Origin: Candidatus Eiseniibacteriota bacterium
GTDB lineage: Bacteria > Eisenbacteria > RBG-16-71-46 > SZUA-252
NCBI GenBank assembly: GCA_003235575.1
Contig: QJVW01000069.1
Location: forward strand, 9,131-73,130
Direction: 5' to 3'
Length of the DNA stretch: 64,000 bases
The position numbers were made by a program, and so were the translations under genes. Each line of letters begins with the position of its first letter. Position 1 is the first letter of the stretch. A model generated the notes under the pieces. It was not told the origin of the DNA. It saw only the letters and a program-made list of their open reading frames with translations, and ran no database searches. Positions 19,901 to 28,861 of the stretch are shown one piece after another.

Positions 19901-20463
19901 AACAACACGGATTCATGGCCGGCGTCGGCTTCGATCTCTACTGCCGCATGGTCGAGGAGGTCGTGCAGGAGCTGAAGGGCATTGCCGTGGCCAAGGGGCC
20001 GGAGCCCGAGGTGGCGAGCGACCTGCCAGCGTTCGTTCCGGACGAGTACATCTCCGATCGCGACGAGAAATTGGACGTCTACCGGCGTCTGGCCGCGATG
20101 ACCGAATCCGATGCGCTGGACACCCTGGCCTCGGAGCTCCGGGACCGCTTCGGGGCGCCTCCCGCGGAGGTGGAGCAGCTTCTGGCGCTGAAGCGGCTTC
20201 GGCTCTTGGGCCGCGATGCCGGCGCGGCCAAGCTGCGCGTGAAGCAGGAACGCCTTGAAATAGAGTTCTCGGAGCCACTTGCGAGAAAGAACGTGCTCGC
20301 CGTCGTGGCTTCCGCACCCGGGAAATTGGAATTCGCCGAGAGCGCCCGCGTGCTCCGCGTCCTGAAGCCGAAGGACCCGGTCTTGTTGGCTACAAACATC
20401 TTGCGGCAGTTGGGGCCCGCTGATAGCGTGTCCGCTCCTTCATCGGCCCCGGACGGATCGTGA
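16981..20463 (+). CDS. mfd: transcription-repair coupling factor Mfd
   Basis: 1160 aa; helicase motif [29 protein letters not shown], and a TRCF C-terminal domain. Confidence 0.92.
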   Translation: [1160 protein letters not shown]

Positions 20464-20575
20464 ACCGCGCCGCCCATTCGGTGTATAAGTGCCAAGTGTT
20501 CAAACGTTTGCGGACGGATGACCCGGAGAGGAGAAGGGATTTGGGATGCCCCGCCCGAGACTGATCAGAGAGACG

Positions 20576-22369
20576 ATGATTCATTCGGAATCGAAGATTG
20601 CCCGAGTCTCCGCCGCCGTACGCGCCGGCCGCGCGGCCGCAGTCGCCATGCTCGCGGCATCCCTGTTGTTCCACTCGCCGCCCCCCGCCCTGGCCAAGGT
20701 TCCGCCCTCCTTGAAGGGGCCCGTGGCCACGGTCGGCGACCGGCATGTCGAGGCAATCGACATCGTTCAGGCGGGGAAGGCGCTGGCGGGCCGAGCGGGC
20801 CGCGAGATGACGCCCGCTTCGTGGCGGCGCTACCTATTGAACCGCTGCATCGACCGAGAGCTGCTCGGCATGGAGGCCGCGCGACGTGGATTTGCGGCCG
20901 ATCCCGCCGTTCGGAACCGGGTAGCCAACAGGGAATTCCTCGTGCTTCGGCGCGAGTTGGAGGCGAAGGTCCTCCGCCCGGGGATCATGCCGTCACCCAC
21001 GGAATTCGCCGAAATCAAGGAGAGCGGCCTCTTCCGCTTCATCGATCTCTACTACATATTGGTGCGGGACGACGCTTCAGGTGCCAGACGTCGGCTCTGC
21101 GAGCGGATCGGAAGGCAAGTCCGGGCCGGCGCCTCCTGGGACTCGCTGGCGCGCATCTACAGCGGTCATCCGCCCTCGGCTTCGGCCGGAGGGCACTTCG
21201 GCCCGACGATGGTGCGCGACCTCGACCCGGCCGCGCACGCCGCGGTCGTGGCGGGCTCGGCCGGAGACATTTTCGGTCCATACAGCGGTCCCTACGGGCA
21301 CGAGCTCTACAAGATCGGAGCATTCATACCGATCGACGACGACTCCCTCATGCGGTTCCTCGTGGACGAACGCACCCGGCAAATCTGGTTTCGAGAGAAC
21401 AAGTACCTGTTGGACAAGTACCACTTCACCCCCGATGCGCACGCGGCGCGTCTGGCGCTTCGCGCTCTGGGCTCGGAAACCCCTGACTCGCTTCTAGCCT
21501 CGCTCGGCCCCGACGGTACGCGCCCGAAGCGGGGCGTGCGCGCGGCTCTGGGCATCCTCGCCCGCGCGGACAGCGACTCCGTGACCATCGCGGACATCTT
21601 CCGGGAGGCGCCCCCGGCGACGAATCACCGCGGCGTGGCGAGGATCCGAAACGAAGAGGCGCTGGCGAATTTCTCGGCACGGGCCCTCCTCCCGCGGCTG
21701 CTCGTCCGGGATGCCCGCGAGCGCGGGTTGGACAAAGAACCCTCGATCGCGCGCACGCTGCGCCTCATCCGCGACGAGGAGGCGACACGAGCCATGGTCG
21801 CGCGCGCGCGTCCGCCGGATCCCGACGCCGCGGCGCTCCGCGCCTATGTGGAGGAACACGCCGAGCGGTATCGCTGGCCCGCCGCGAGGCGCGCCACCAT
21901 CATCATGTTCCCGAACGCCGATAGCGCCCACGCCGCCTTGAGGGCTTGGAACGGCGTCGGACTCCCCGCGGACACGACGCTGTCGCGCCTCGGATTCCAT
22001 CGCATGAAGCGCCCCGGCGTGTCCCTGCCGCAGGCGGGATGGATGGACTCGCACTTGTTGTACGAAAATGGCGCCGACCCCCTCAGCCGGAGCGTACGAG
22101 GGCTGGACGTTGGTCAATTCGCTCCCGTGACGCGCCTGCCGCAAGGATGGGCCGTGGTCTGCGTCACCGATCGCGAAGAGGCCCGAGCCATGAACGAAGA
22201 AGAAGCCGCTCCACGCGCGCTGCGCGATTGGAGAGAGGAGGCTGAAAATCGATGGGTAACGACACTATTGGAACGGCTGCGGGCCAAGACGGCGGCGAAG
22301 ATCATTCCCGCACGCCTCGAGGCAGTGCGCCTTCTAGATGCCGAAGCGAAGCGGGGCGCAGGATCGTGA
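20576..22369 (+). CDS. PpiC-type peptidyl-prolyl cis-trans isomerase / periplasmic chaperone (SurA/PpiD-like)
   Basis: N-terminal hydrophobic anchor or signal, then a parvulin-like segment (GGHFGPTMVRDLDPA...GDIFGPYSGPYGHELYKI). Immediately upstream of a second SurA-like gene. Confidence 0.55.
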   Translation: MIHSESKIARVSAAVRAGRAAAVAMLAASLLFHSPPPALAKVPPSLKGPVATVGDRHVEAIDIVQAGKALAGRAGREMTPASWRRYLLNRCIDRELLGMEAARRGFAADPAVRNRVANREFLVLRRELEAKVLRPGIMPSPTEFAEIKESGLFRFIDLYYILVRDDASGARRRLCERIGRQVRAGASWDSLARIYSGHPPSASAGGHFGPTMVRDLDPAAHAAVVAGSAGDIFGPYSGPYGHELYKIGAFIPIDDDSLMRFLVDERTRQIWFRENKYLLDKYHFTPDAHAARLALRALGSETPDSLLASLGPDGTRPKRGVRAALGILARADSDSVTIADIFREAPPATNHRGVARIRNEEALANFSARALLPRLLVRDARERGLDKEPSIARTLRLIRDEEATRAMVARARPPDPDAAALRAYVEEHAERYRWPAARRATIIMFPNADSAHAALRAWNGVGLPADTTLSRLGFHRMKRPGVSLPQAGWMDSHLLYENGADPLSRSVRGLDVGQFAPVTRLPQGWAVVCVTDREEARAMNEEEAAPRALRDWREEAENRWVTTLLERLRAKTAAKIIPARLEAVRLLDAEAKRGAGS

Positions 22370-23679
22370 TGCGCCGCCTCGCCTACCTTTTCCTGCCCCT
22401 GGCGGCCGCCTGCGCGCTCGCCGCGCTGGACGGAACGCCCGGCCTCGCGGCGGAGCGGATCGCCGCGATCGTGAACAAGAGCGTGATTCTGTCGTCGGAA
22501 GTGGACGAGCGGTTCGCCCAGGCCGCCGCGCGATTCAACATCAACCCGGCCGATACCGCCACCGTCGCCAAACTTCGCCGCGATGTCCTGGAGCAGTTGA
22601 TCGAGAACCAGGTCATCGTCGATGAGGCCCTGAAACTGGGAATCGTCGTGACCCCCCAGGAAGTGAACCAAGCCGTCCAGCGCGAAATCGACGCCGTGCG
22701 CGATCGACTCGGTGGGGAGGAAGCGTTTCAGGAGGCGCTGAAGGAAGAGCGCACGACGGAAGCCGAACTGCGGCAGCGGTACGCTCCGGACATCAAGGAG
22801 CAGATGCTCATCTCGCGCACCGTCTCCCGGGAAGTGCAGAGCAAGACCTCCGTCACCGACGCGGAGTTGAAGAAATTCTTCGAGGCCAATCGCGATTCGA
22901 TCGGCCGGCAACCCGAGCAGCTCGACATGGCGCACATCATGTTCGCGTACGAGCCCGACTCGGCTAACGTCCGCCGCGCGCGCGCGCGCGCCGACAGCCT
23001 CCGGAAGGCGATCCTGGCGGGGGCGCCGTTCGAGGACGTGGCGCGCCAAAGCTCCGACGACCCGAGCGGGCAGCGTGGCGGTGACCTGGGAACGTTCGGT
23101 CGCGGCGACATGGTCCCCGAGTTCGAGGAAGTCGCTTTTCGGATCAAGCCCGGCGAGTTGAGCCAGCCGGTTCGGACACGGTTCGGATTCCACATCATCA
23201 AGGTCGAAGAGCGCACGGCGAAGACGGACTCGACCGAGGAAACGGTCCACGCGCGGCACGTGATGGTCGGGCTGCGCCCGTCGCCCGGGGACGAGGAGCG
23301 TGCTCGCAAGCGCGCGATGGTCGTGCGCGACTCGCTGCTGAAGGGCGCCGATTTCGCGACCATGGCGAAGCGCTATTCACAGGACACGGCCACCAAGGAT
23401 TCCGGCGGCGCGCTCGGCAAGATTTCGGCGGGCGGACTCCCGCCGAATCTCCGCGAGGTGTTGACGGGCCTCAGCATCGGAGAGGTGAGCGTTCCCGTGA
23501 AGCGGGACACCGGCTACCACCTGTTCAAGCTCCTCGGAAGAGAGCCGGAGAAGGACTACGACTTCGAGGAGATCAAGGAACAGCTGCGCCAGATGGTCCT
23601 GAACCGAAAGCTCGAGGAGAACTATCGCCGCTGGTACGAAAAGGTCAAGAAGACCGCCAGCATCGAAATCAAGGAATAG
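22369..23679 (+). CDS. surA: SurA-like periplasmic chaperone / parvulin PPIase
   Basis: Signal peptide MRRLAYLFLPLAAACALA and SurA N-domain, followed by two parvulin domains (GGDLGTFGRGDMVPEFEEVAF..., GGALGKISAGGLPPNLREVL). GTGATG overlap with the upstream gene. Confidence 0.75.
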   Translation: MRRLAYLFLPLAAACALAALDGTPGLAAERIAAIVNKSVILSSEVDERFAQAAARFNINPADTATVAKLRRDVLEQLIENQVIVDEALKLGIVVTPQEVNQAVQREIDAVRDRLGGEEAFQEALKEERTTEAELRQRYAPDIKEQMLISRTVSREVQSKTSVTDAELKKFFEANRDSIGRQPEQLDMAHIMFAYEPDSANVRRARARADSLRKAILAGAPFEDVARQSSDDPSGQRGGDLGTFGRGDMVPEFEEVAFRIKPGELSQPVRTRFGFHIIKVEERTAKTDSTEETVHARHVMVGLRPSPGDEERARKRAMVVRDSLLKGADFATMAKRYSQDTATKDSGGALGKISAGGLPPNLREVLTGLSIGEVSVPVKRDTGYHLFKLLGREPEKDYDFEEIKEQLRQMVLNRKLEENYRRWYEKVKKTASIEIKE

Positions 23680-23698
23680 CGTCGGGAGGTCCCTACCG

Positions 23699-24760
23699 GT
23701 GTCGCCGCGCCGCCCCACGCTGCTCGTGACCATGGGGGATCCCGCCGGGATCGGCCCCGAGATCGTCGCGCGCGTCGTCGCCATGCCCTCGCTCCGTCGC
23801 GCGGCGCGCCTGGCCGTCGCGGGCGATCCGGACATCTTCGACCGTGCCCTTCGTCACGCGGGCGCGCGGTCCCGGCTCCGGCCGACGTCACCCGAGCGCT
23901 TCGACCCCGCCGACGATGGCCCGGGCGTTCCCTTCATCGTCACCAGCGAGGAGGGGTGGGCCTCGATCAGCCCCGGAACGCCGACGGAGGGATCGGGCCG
24001 CGCCTCCGCGCTGGCGATTGAATCGGCCGCACGCCTCGCCACCGCGGGCCGCGTCGACGGCATCGTGACCGCCCCGATCTCGAAACAGGCGCTTCGGCTG
24101 GCGGGGTATCCGCATCCGGGCCACACCGAGTTTCTGGGCGCGCTTACCGGTTCGCGAGAGACCAGGATGCTGTTCGTCGCCCGACGCGTTCGCCTCCTGC
24201 TCGCCACGGTGCATCTGCCACTGCGCGCCGTACCCGACGCGCTGACGGTGGCGTCCCTGCGGCGAACCATGGAATTCGCCGCCGCGGCGCTCCGAAACTT
24301 TCGTTGGGGGCCGCGGCGCGCCGTGGCCGTGCTGGGATTGAACCCTCACGCCGGCGAGGGGGGTATGTTCGGAGACGAGGAGGCGCGCGTCATCGCGCCC
24401 GCCATCGAGCAGGCTCGCGCGCTGGGGATCTCCGCGGAGGGTCCGTATCCCGCGGACACGTTCTTCGCGCGGCACGCCGACCGCCATGATCTGGGCATCG
24501 TCGTCGCGATGTACCATGATCAGGGGCTGATTCCCGCGAAGGCCGACGGCGTCGGCGGCGCGGCCAACGTCACGCTAGGGCTTCCCTTCGTGCGCTCCTC
24601 CGTAGATCATGGGACTGCGTTCGATCGCGCCTGGAGAGGGCGCGGCGGCGCGACCCGCGCGGGCGCTCCCAGTCCCGCGGGACTCGTCACCGCGATCCGC
24701 GTCGGCGCCGACCTCGCGCGCCGGACGGGTCGCCGACCCATGGAGTGGGCATGGCCCTGA
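23699..24760 (+). CDS. pdxA: 4-hydroxythreonine-4-phosphate dehydrogenase PdxA
   Basis: TMGDPAGIGPEI, HTEFLG and AMYHDQGLIP...DHGTAFD motifs; canonical surA-pdxA linkage. Confidence 0.88.
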   Translation: MSPRRPTLLVTMGDPAGIGPEIVARVVAMPSLRRAARLAVAGDPDIFDRALRHAGARSRLRPTSPERFDPADDGPGVPFIVTSEEGWASISPGTPTEGSGRASALAIESAARLATAGRVDGIVTAPISKQALRLAGYPHPGHTEFLGALTGSRETRMLFVARRVRLLLATVHLPLRAVPDALTVASLRRTMEFAAAALRNFRWGPRRAVAVLGLNPHAGEGGMFGDEEARVIAPAIEQARALGISAEGPYPADTFFARHADRHDLGIVVAMYHDQGLIPAKADGVGGAANVTLGLPFVRSSVDHGTAFDRAWRGRGGATRAGAPSPAGLVTAIRVGADLARRTGRRPMEWAWP

Positions 24761-25527
24761 TACGCCTGGAGCACGTCAGCAAGTCGTACCGCGACCGTTT
24801 GGCGCTGAACGACGTGTCGCTCTCCTTCGAGACCGGGGAGTGGGTGTTCGTGAACGGTCCGAGCGGCGCGGGGAAGAGCACGCTCCTGCGCATCCTGGCG
24901 CTCGCGGAGAAACCGACCAGCGGCCGCGTGGAGGTCGATCCCCTCGCGGTCGAGGAAGCGCCCGGCGTGGCGCCGGCGGCTCCGACCGGGGACGCGTCCG
25001 CCGACCACGCCGAGCCGGAGCCCGCCGCCGCGGCCCCGCCGCGCGCGATTCGCCGCAAGGTCTCCGGCCGTCTGGTGCGGCGCCACATCGGCGTCCTCGG
25101 ACAGGAGTTCCGCCTCCTGCCCGATCGGAGCGTCTTCGACAACGTCGCGCTCTCCTGCAACATCGGCGGCATCTGGAACCGCTCCGTCGTACGCGACCGC
25201 GTGAACCCGCTTCTGGACGAGATGGGAATTCGCGGCGTGGAGGCGCTCTATCCCGGCGATCTGTCGGCGGGGCAGAAGCAGCGCGTCGCGCTCGCCCGCG
25301 CCATGGCCCGCCACCCGCGCATTCTTCTCGCCGATGAGCCCACCGGGAACCTGGATCCGGCCGCCGCGGATCAGATCTTCGCCCTCCTGCGTGAGATCTG
25401 CTCCCGCGGCGCGCTGGTGGTCATCGCCAGTCACGCCGAGGACCGGGTGCGGCGGTATCCCGGCCGCATCGTTCGGCTCGAACGGGGCATCCTCCGACAC
25501 GACGGCGTGGAAGGGGGCGCCGCCTGA
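24751..25527 (+). CDS. ftsE: cell-division ABC transporter ATP-binding protein FtsE (with ~40-aa Pro/Ala-rich insertion)
   Basis: Walker A GPSGAGKSTLLRIL, signature LSAGQKQRVALARA, Walker B ILLADEPTGNLD, followed by ftsX. Insertion DPLAVEEAPGVAPAAPTGDASADHAEPEPAAAAPPRAIRRK sits between Walker A and the Q-loop. Confidence 0.85.
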   Translation: MALIRLEHVSKSYRDRLALNDVSLSFETGEWVFVNGPSGAGKSTLLRILALAEKPTSGRVEVDPLAVEEAPGVAPAAPTGDASADHAEPEPAAAAPPRAIRRKVSGRLVRRHIGVLGQEFRLLPDRSVFDNVALSCNIGGIWNRSVVRDRVNPLLDEMGIRGVEALYPGDLSAGQKQRVALARAMARHPRILLADEPTGNLDPAAADQIFALLREICSRGALVVIASHAEDRVRRYPGRIVRLERGILRHDGVEGGAA

Positions 25528-26396
25528 TGGGCCCGATTCGGTACATCCTTCGCGAATTGTGGCGCGGGGTCGCCCAGCATCGCGCCCTCACGGTGACGAG
25601 CATCCTTTCGATGTCGGCGATTCTCCTCATCTTCCTCGTCTTCATGATGGTGCTGCAAACCGTCGATCGCTACGCGGGGGATCTGGAAGCGCGCGAAGAG
25701 GTCTCCGTCTTCCTGAACGAAGGGCTGTCGCGGGCCGACATCAAGAGCGTGGCGGAGGCGCTGTACGCCATCGATGGGGTCGACAGCGTCCGATTCGTCA
25801 GCAAGGAGGAGGCATGGGAGGCCTTCCGTGCGGACGTCGCCGACGAAGCGTTGGTCCAGGCCGTGGGCTCGAACCCGCTCCCCGCGACCTATGTGATCCG
25901 ACCGACGGTTTCGTTCCGGAACGCCGACGGCGTGCGTCGGATCGCGCGCGCCGCGGAGACGGTGCCCCACGTCGAGGATGTTCGGTACGCGGGGGAATGG
26001 GTGGTTCGTGCGGAACAGGTCGTCGGCACCTTGAAACGGGTCGGCGCGGCCGTCGGGCTGATCGTTCTGGTCGGCGTGCTGTTCGTCGTGGGCGCCACGA
26101 CGCGGCTTTCGGTTCAGACGCGGCTCGACTCGGTCCACTTGATCCGCTCCCTCGGCGGGGGATTCCTCTTCACCGAGGCGCCGTACTTGGTGGAGGGATT
26201 CGTCCTCGCGTCGATCTCCTCGCTCCTCACGATCGCCGCGGCGCTCCTCATCCACGATCAGTTGGCCGACGGGCTCTTCCGACTCCTCCTGTTGCCGACC
26301 CAGTCCCTCTTCGCCTTCGTAGGCATCAGCGGTCTGCTGGGCCTGCTCGGCAGTTGGATCGCGGTGGCCACCCTTCCGAGGAAATGGCTGCTCTAA
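25527..26396 (+). CDS. ftsX: cell-division protein FtsX
   Basis: 289 aa. N-terminal TM, a periplasmic domain, then three C-terminal TM helices. Follows ftsE. Confidence 0.85.
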   Translation: MGPIRYILRELWRGVAQHRALTVTSILSMSAILLIFLVFMMVLQTVDRYAGDLEAREEVSVFLNEGLSRADIKSVAEALYAIDGVDSVRFVSKEEAWEAFRADVADEALVQAVGSNPLPATYVIRPTVSFRNADGVRRIARAAETVPHVEDVRYAGEWVVRAEQVVGTLKRVGAAVGLIVLVGVLFVVGATTRLSVQTRLDSVHLIRSLGGGFLFTEAPYLVEGFVLASISSLLTIAAALLIHDQLADGLFRLLLLPTQSLFAFVGISGLLGLLGSWIAVATLPRKWLL

Positions 26397-27667
26397 TCGG
26401 CCGAGCGGCAGGGGCGAAGTTCCTGGCCCTTCTCGTGGCGAGCGTGCTGGCGTCGCCGATGCCGCGCCTCGCGGCCGCGCAGACCGCCGGCGCTGACTCC
26501 GCCGCCGCTGCTGCCGCCGCTGCCGCCGCCGCCGCCGCTGCTGCCGCCGCCGCGTCGCAGGACGCCGCCGAAATCGAGGCCCAGCGTCGGGAACTGGACG
26601 CGCTCCACAAGCAGATCGAGGATCGCCGCGAGCGATCGAAGGAGCTGAAGGGCAAGGAGAAGAATCTACTTGGCCAACTGCGCGAAACGGAGAAGAGCCT
26701 GCAGCTGACGGTGCGCTACCTGCGGGCGCTGGAGAAGCGGCGCAAGGCGCTTCAGGCGGATCTGGGCGACGCGACGTCCGAGCTGGCGAGGACAGCCGTT
26801 CAGCTTCAGGCCGACCGACGGATGCTCGCCTGGCGGTTGCGCGAGATCTACAAGCGCGGCCGATCCCACGAGTTGGAATACATCCTTTCGGCGCGATCGT
26901 TCGGCGACCTGATGGCGCGCACGTACTTCCTGGCCCGCGTCGCGAAGGAGGACCGCACGCGTCTGATGGTGACGCAGGCGCACCGCGTGGAGGTGCAGGA
27001 CACGCGGACCCGGCTCGAGGCACGGAAGCGGGAACTGGACCGGCTGAGGGCCGAGACCGTCCGCCAGCGCCGTTCGCAGGCGAATCTGCGCAAGCAGCGC
27101 CGCCGGCTCCTGAGCAGCATCCGCTCCGACGCCAAGGCGAACGAACAGGCGCAAAAGGAGCTGATTGAGGCTCAGAAGCGGATTCGAGCCCTGATCGATA
27201 CCCTGGAAAAGCGCCGGTTGGCCCGGGAGCGCGGCGCTCCGTCCGGAGAGTTGCCGCTCTTCGGGGACTTCGGGAAGAACCGCGGACGTCTGCCGTGGCC
27301 CGCGCACGGCCGCGTGGCCCGCGGATTCGGTCAAGTGAAGAACCCCCGGTTCAACACCGCCACGTTCAATAGCGGCATCGACATCGCGGCCACGTTCGGG
27401 GCGACGATTTCGGCCGTGGCGCCGGGCCGCGTCGAGTACGTGAACTGGCTCGAGGGCTACGGCAAGTGTGTTATCCTCAATCATGGCGGCGGTTACTACA
27501 CGTTGTATGCCCACGCCTCCGAAATCATCGTCCCGGTCGGCAAGGACGTCGCCGCCAACGAGGCGATCGGCCGGGTCGGAGACACCGGCTCCACCTCCGG
27601 CACGGTGCTCCATTTCGAGATCCGCCGGGGAAAAGACGCCCTGAACCCTCTCGAGTGGTTCCGGTGA
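26384..27667 (+). CDS. M23/LytM-domain murein hydrolase activator (EnvC-like) with signal peptide, poly-Ala tract and coiled-coil
   Basis: Signal MAALIGRAAGAKFLALLVASVLASP; a 21x Ala run; a coiled-coil (QRRELDALHKQIEDRRERSKELKGKEKNLLGQLRE...); a C-terminal LytM domain (GIDIAA...YVNWLEGYGKCVILNHGGGYYTLYAH...GDTGSTSGTVLHFEIR). Position after ftsEX as in envC. Confidence 0.8.
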   Translation: MAALIGRAAGAKFLALLVASVLASPMPRLAAAQTAGADSAAAAAAAAAAAAAAAAAASQDAAEIEAQRRELDALHKQIEDRRERSKELKGKEKNLLGQLRETEKSLQLTVRYLRALEKRRKALQADLGDATSELARTAVQLQADRRMLAWRLREIYKRGRSHELEYILSARSFGDLMARTYFLARVAKEDRTRLMVTQAHRVEVQDTRTRLEARKRELDRLRAETVRQRRSQANLRKQRRRLLSSIRSDAKANEQAQKELIEAQKRIRALIDTLEKRRLARERGAPSGELPLFGDFGKNRGRLPWPAHGRVARGFGQVKNPRFNTATFNSGIDIAATFGATISAVAPGRVEYVNWLEGYGKCVILNHGGGYYTLYAHASEIIVPVGKDVAANEAIGRVGDTGSTSGTVLHFEIRRGKDALNPLEWFR

Positions 27668-27677
27668 GCCCTACCCC

Positions 27678-28820
27678 ATGGTTCCTACGACCGTTCAACA
27701 TCAGGAAGACGCCCTCGGCCTCCTGCGCGCCTCGCTAAGCGTCGGGCACGTCGGGCACTCCTATCTGTTCCACGGGCCCGCGGGCGTGGGCAAGACGCGT
27801 GCGGCGCTTTGGCTTGCCCGCGCCCTGCTCTGCAGCTCGCCGACCAAGGCGGGCGAGCCCTGCGATGCGTGCTCGGCCTGCGCCGAGGCCGCCGCGCTCC
27901 GGCACCCCGACCTCGAGCTTCTGCTGCCGCTCCCCTCGTTCCGCACCGAGGGACGCACCGAGAAGCAGGCGGACGAAGCGCGATCGGCGGCCCGAGCCGG
28001 CGCGTTGGCGCGCTACGCGAGCGAGCCGTTCTTCGCCCCCGTCTTCGCCAAGCAGCCGGTGCATACCGTCGACGATCTCGCGCGCGCGAAGCAGTTTCTC
28101 TCGATGACGCCGCAGCGAGACGGTGGCGCCAAGGTCTTGATCATCAAGGGCGCGGAGGCGATGACCGGGCCGGCGGCGCACGCATTCCTGAAGATCCTCG
28201 AGGAGCCGCAGCCCGGCCGCGTGCTCATCCTGGGCGCGCGGCAAATACGCGCGCTTCTTCCGACCATCGCCTCGCGATGCCTGCACGTGCGCTTCCGCCC
28301 GCTACCGGAATCATTCCTGGCGCGCGCGCTGGAGGCGCGCGGCGTCACTAAGCCGACGGCCCGGCTGGCGGCGGCGCTGTCGCAGGGAAGCCTGGGACGC
28401 GCGATCGCGCCGTTCGAAGCGCCGCTCGACGGCACCGGCGCGGCGCCCGACGAGGGCGATTTCGCCACCCTGCGCGCCGCGGCGCACGACTTGTTCGTGA
28501 AACCGCCCTCCGCCGCGATCGTCGGCACGCTGCGCCGCGGGCGCCTGGAGCGCGATCGCGGCCGGTTCCTCTCCGCCGTCTCGCTGGCGGTTCACTTCTA
28601 CCGCGACGTTCTGCGCCTGAAGATCCTGGGCGGCGATGTCGCGCTGGCGAACGAGGACCGAAAGCGGGAAGTGGCTGCCGCCGCCGCGTCGCTGCCACTT
28701 CCGGCGCTCTCGCGCCGCATCCGACTTCTCGAGGAGATCGCCGCCGCGGTGCAGTCGAACGTCACCGTCGCGTATGCGGTCGCCTCCGCCCAGCATCGAA
28801 TGGGGCTGGGCGTACCTTGA
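27678..28820 (+). CDS. holB: DNA polymerase III subunit delta'
   Basis: AAA+-like GHSYLFHGPAGVGKTRAALWLARALLC followed by a Cys-rich zinc module (CDACSACAE). Confidence 0.8.
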   Translation: MVPTTVQHQEDALGLLRASLSVGHVGHSYLFHGPAGVGKTRAALWLARALLCSSPTKAGEPCDACSACAEAAALRHPDLELLLPLPSFRTEGRTEKQADEARSAARAGALARYASEPFFAPVFAKQPVHTVDDLARAKQFLSMTPQRDGGAKVLIIKGAEAMTGPAAHAFLKILEEPQPGRVLILGARQIRALLPTIASRCLHVRFRPLPESFLARALEARGVTKPTARLAAALSQGSLGRAIAPFEAPLDGTGAAPDEGDFATLRAAAHDLFVKPPSAAIVGTLRRGRLERDRGRFLSAVSLAVHFYRDVLRLKILGGDVALANEDRKREVAAAAASLPLPALSRRIRLLEEIAAAVQSNVTVAYAVASAQHRMGLGVP

Positions 28821-28861
28821 CCCCCACGCGTACCGAGGTCCCGTCTCGGCGGGAATAACGC

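Noticed and set aside
26500-26560. Possible CRISPR/tandem repeat array
   Set aside because: It is an in-frame GCC/GCT triplet microsatellite coding poly-Ala inside envC, not spacer-repeat architecture. No CRISPR arrays or cas genes are seen anywhere in the window.
25431-27023. 530-aa minus-strand ORF including poly-Arg/Gln stretch
   Set aside because: Antisense to ftsX/envC. The RRRQQRRRRRQRRQQRRR run is simply the reverse-complement reading of the envC poly-Ala GCC repeat.
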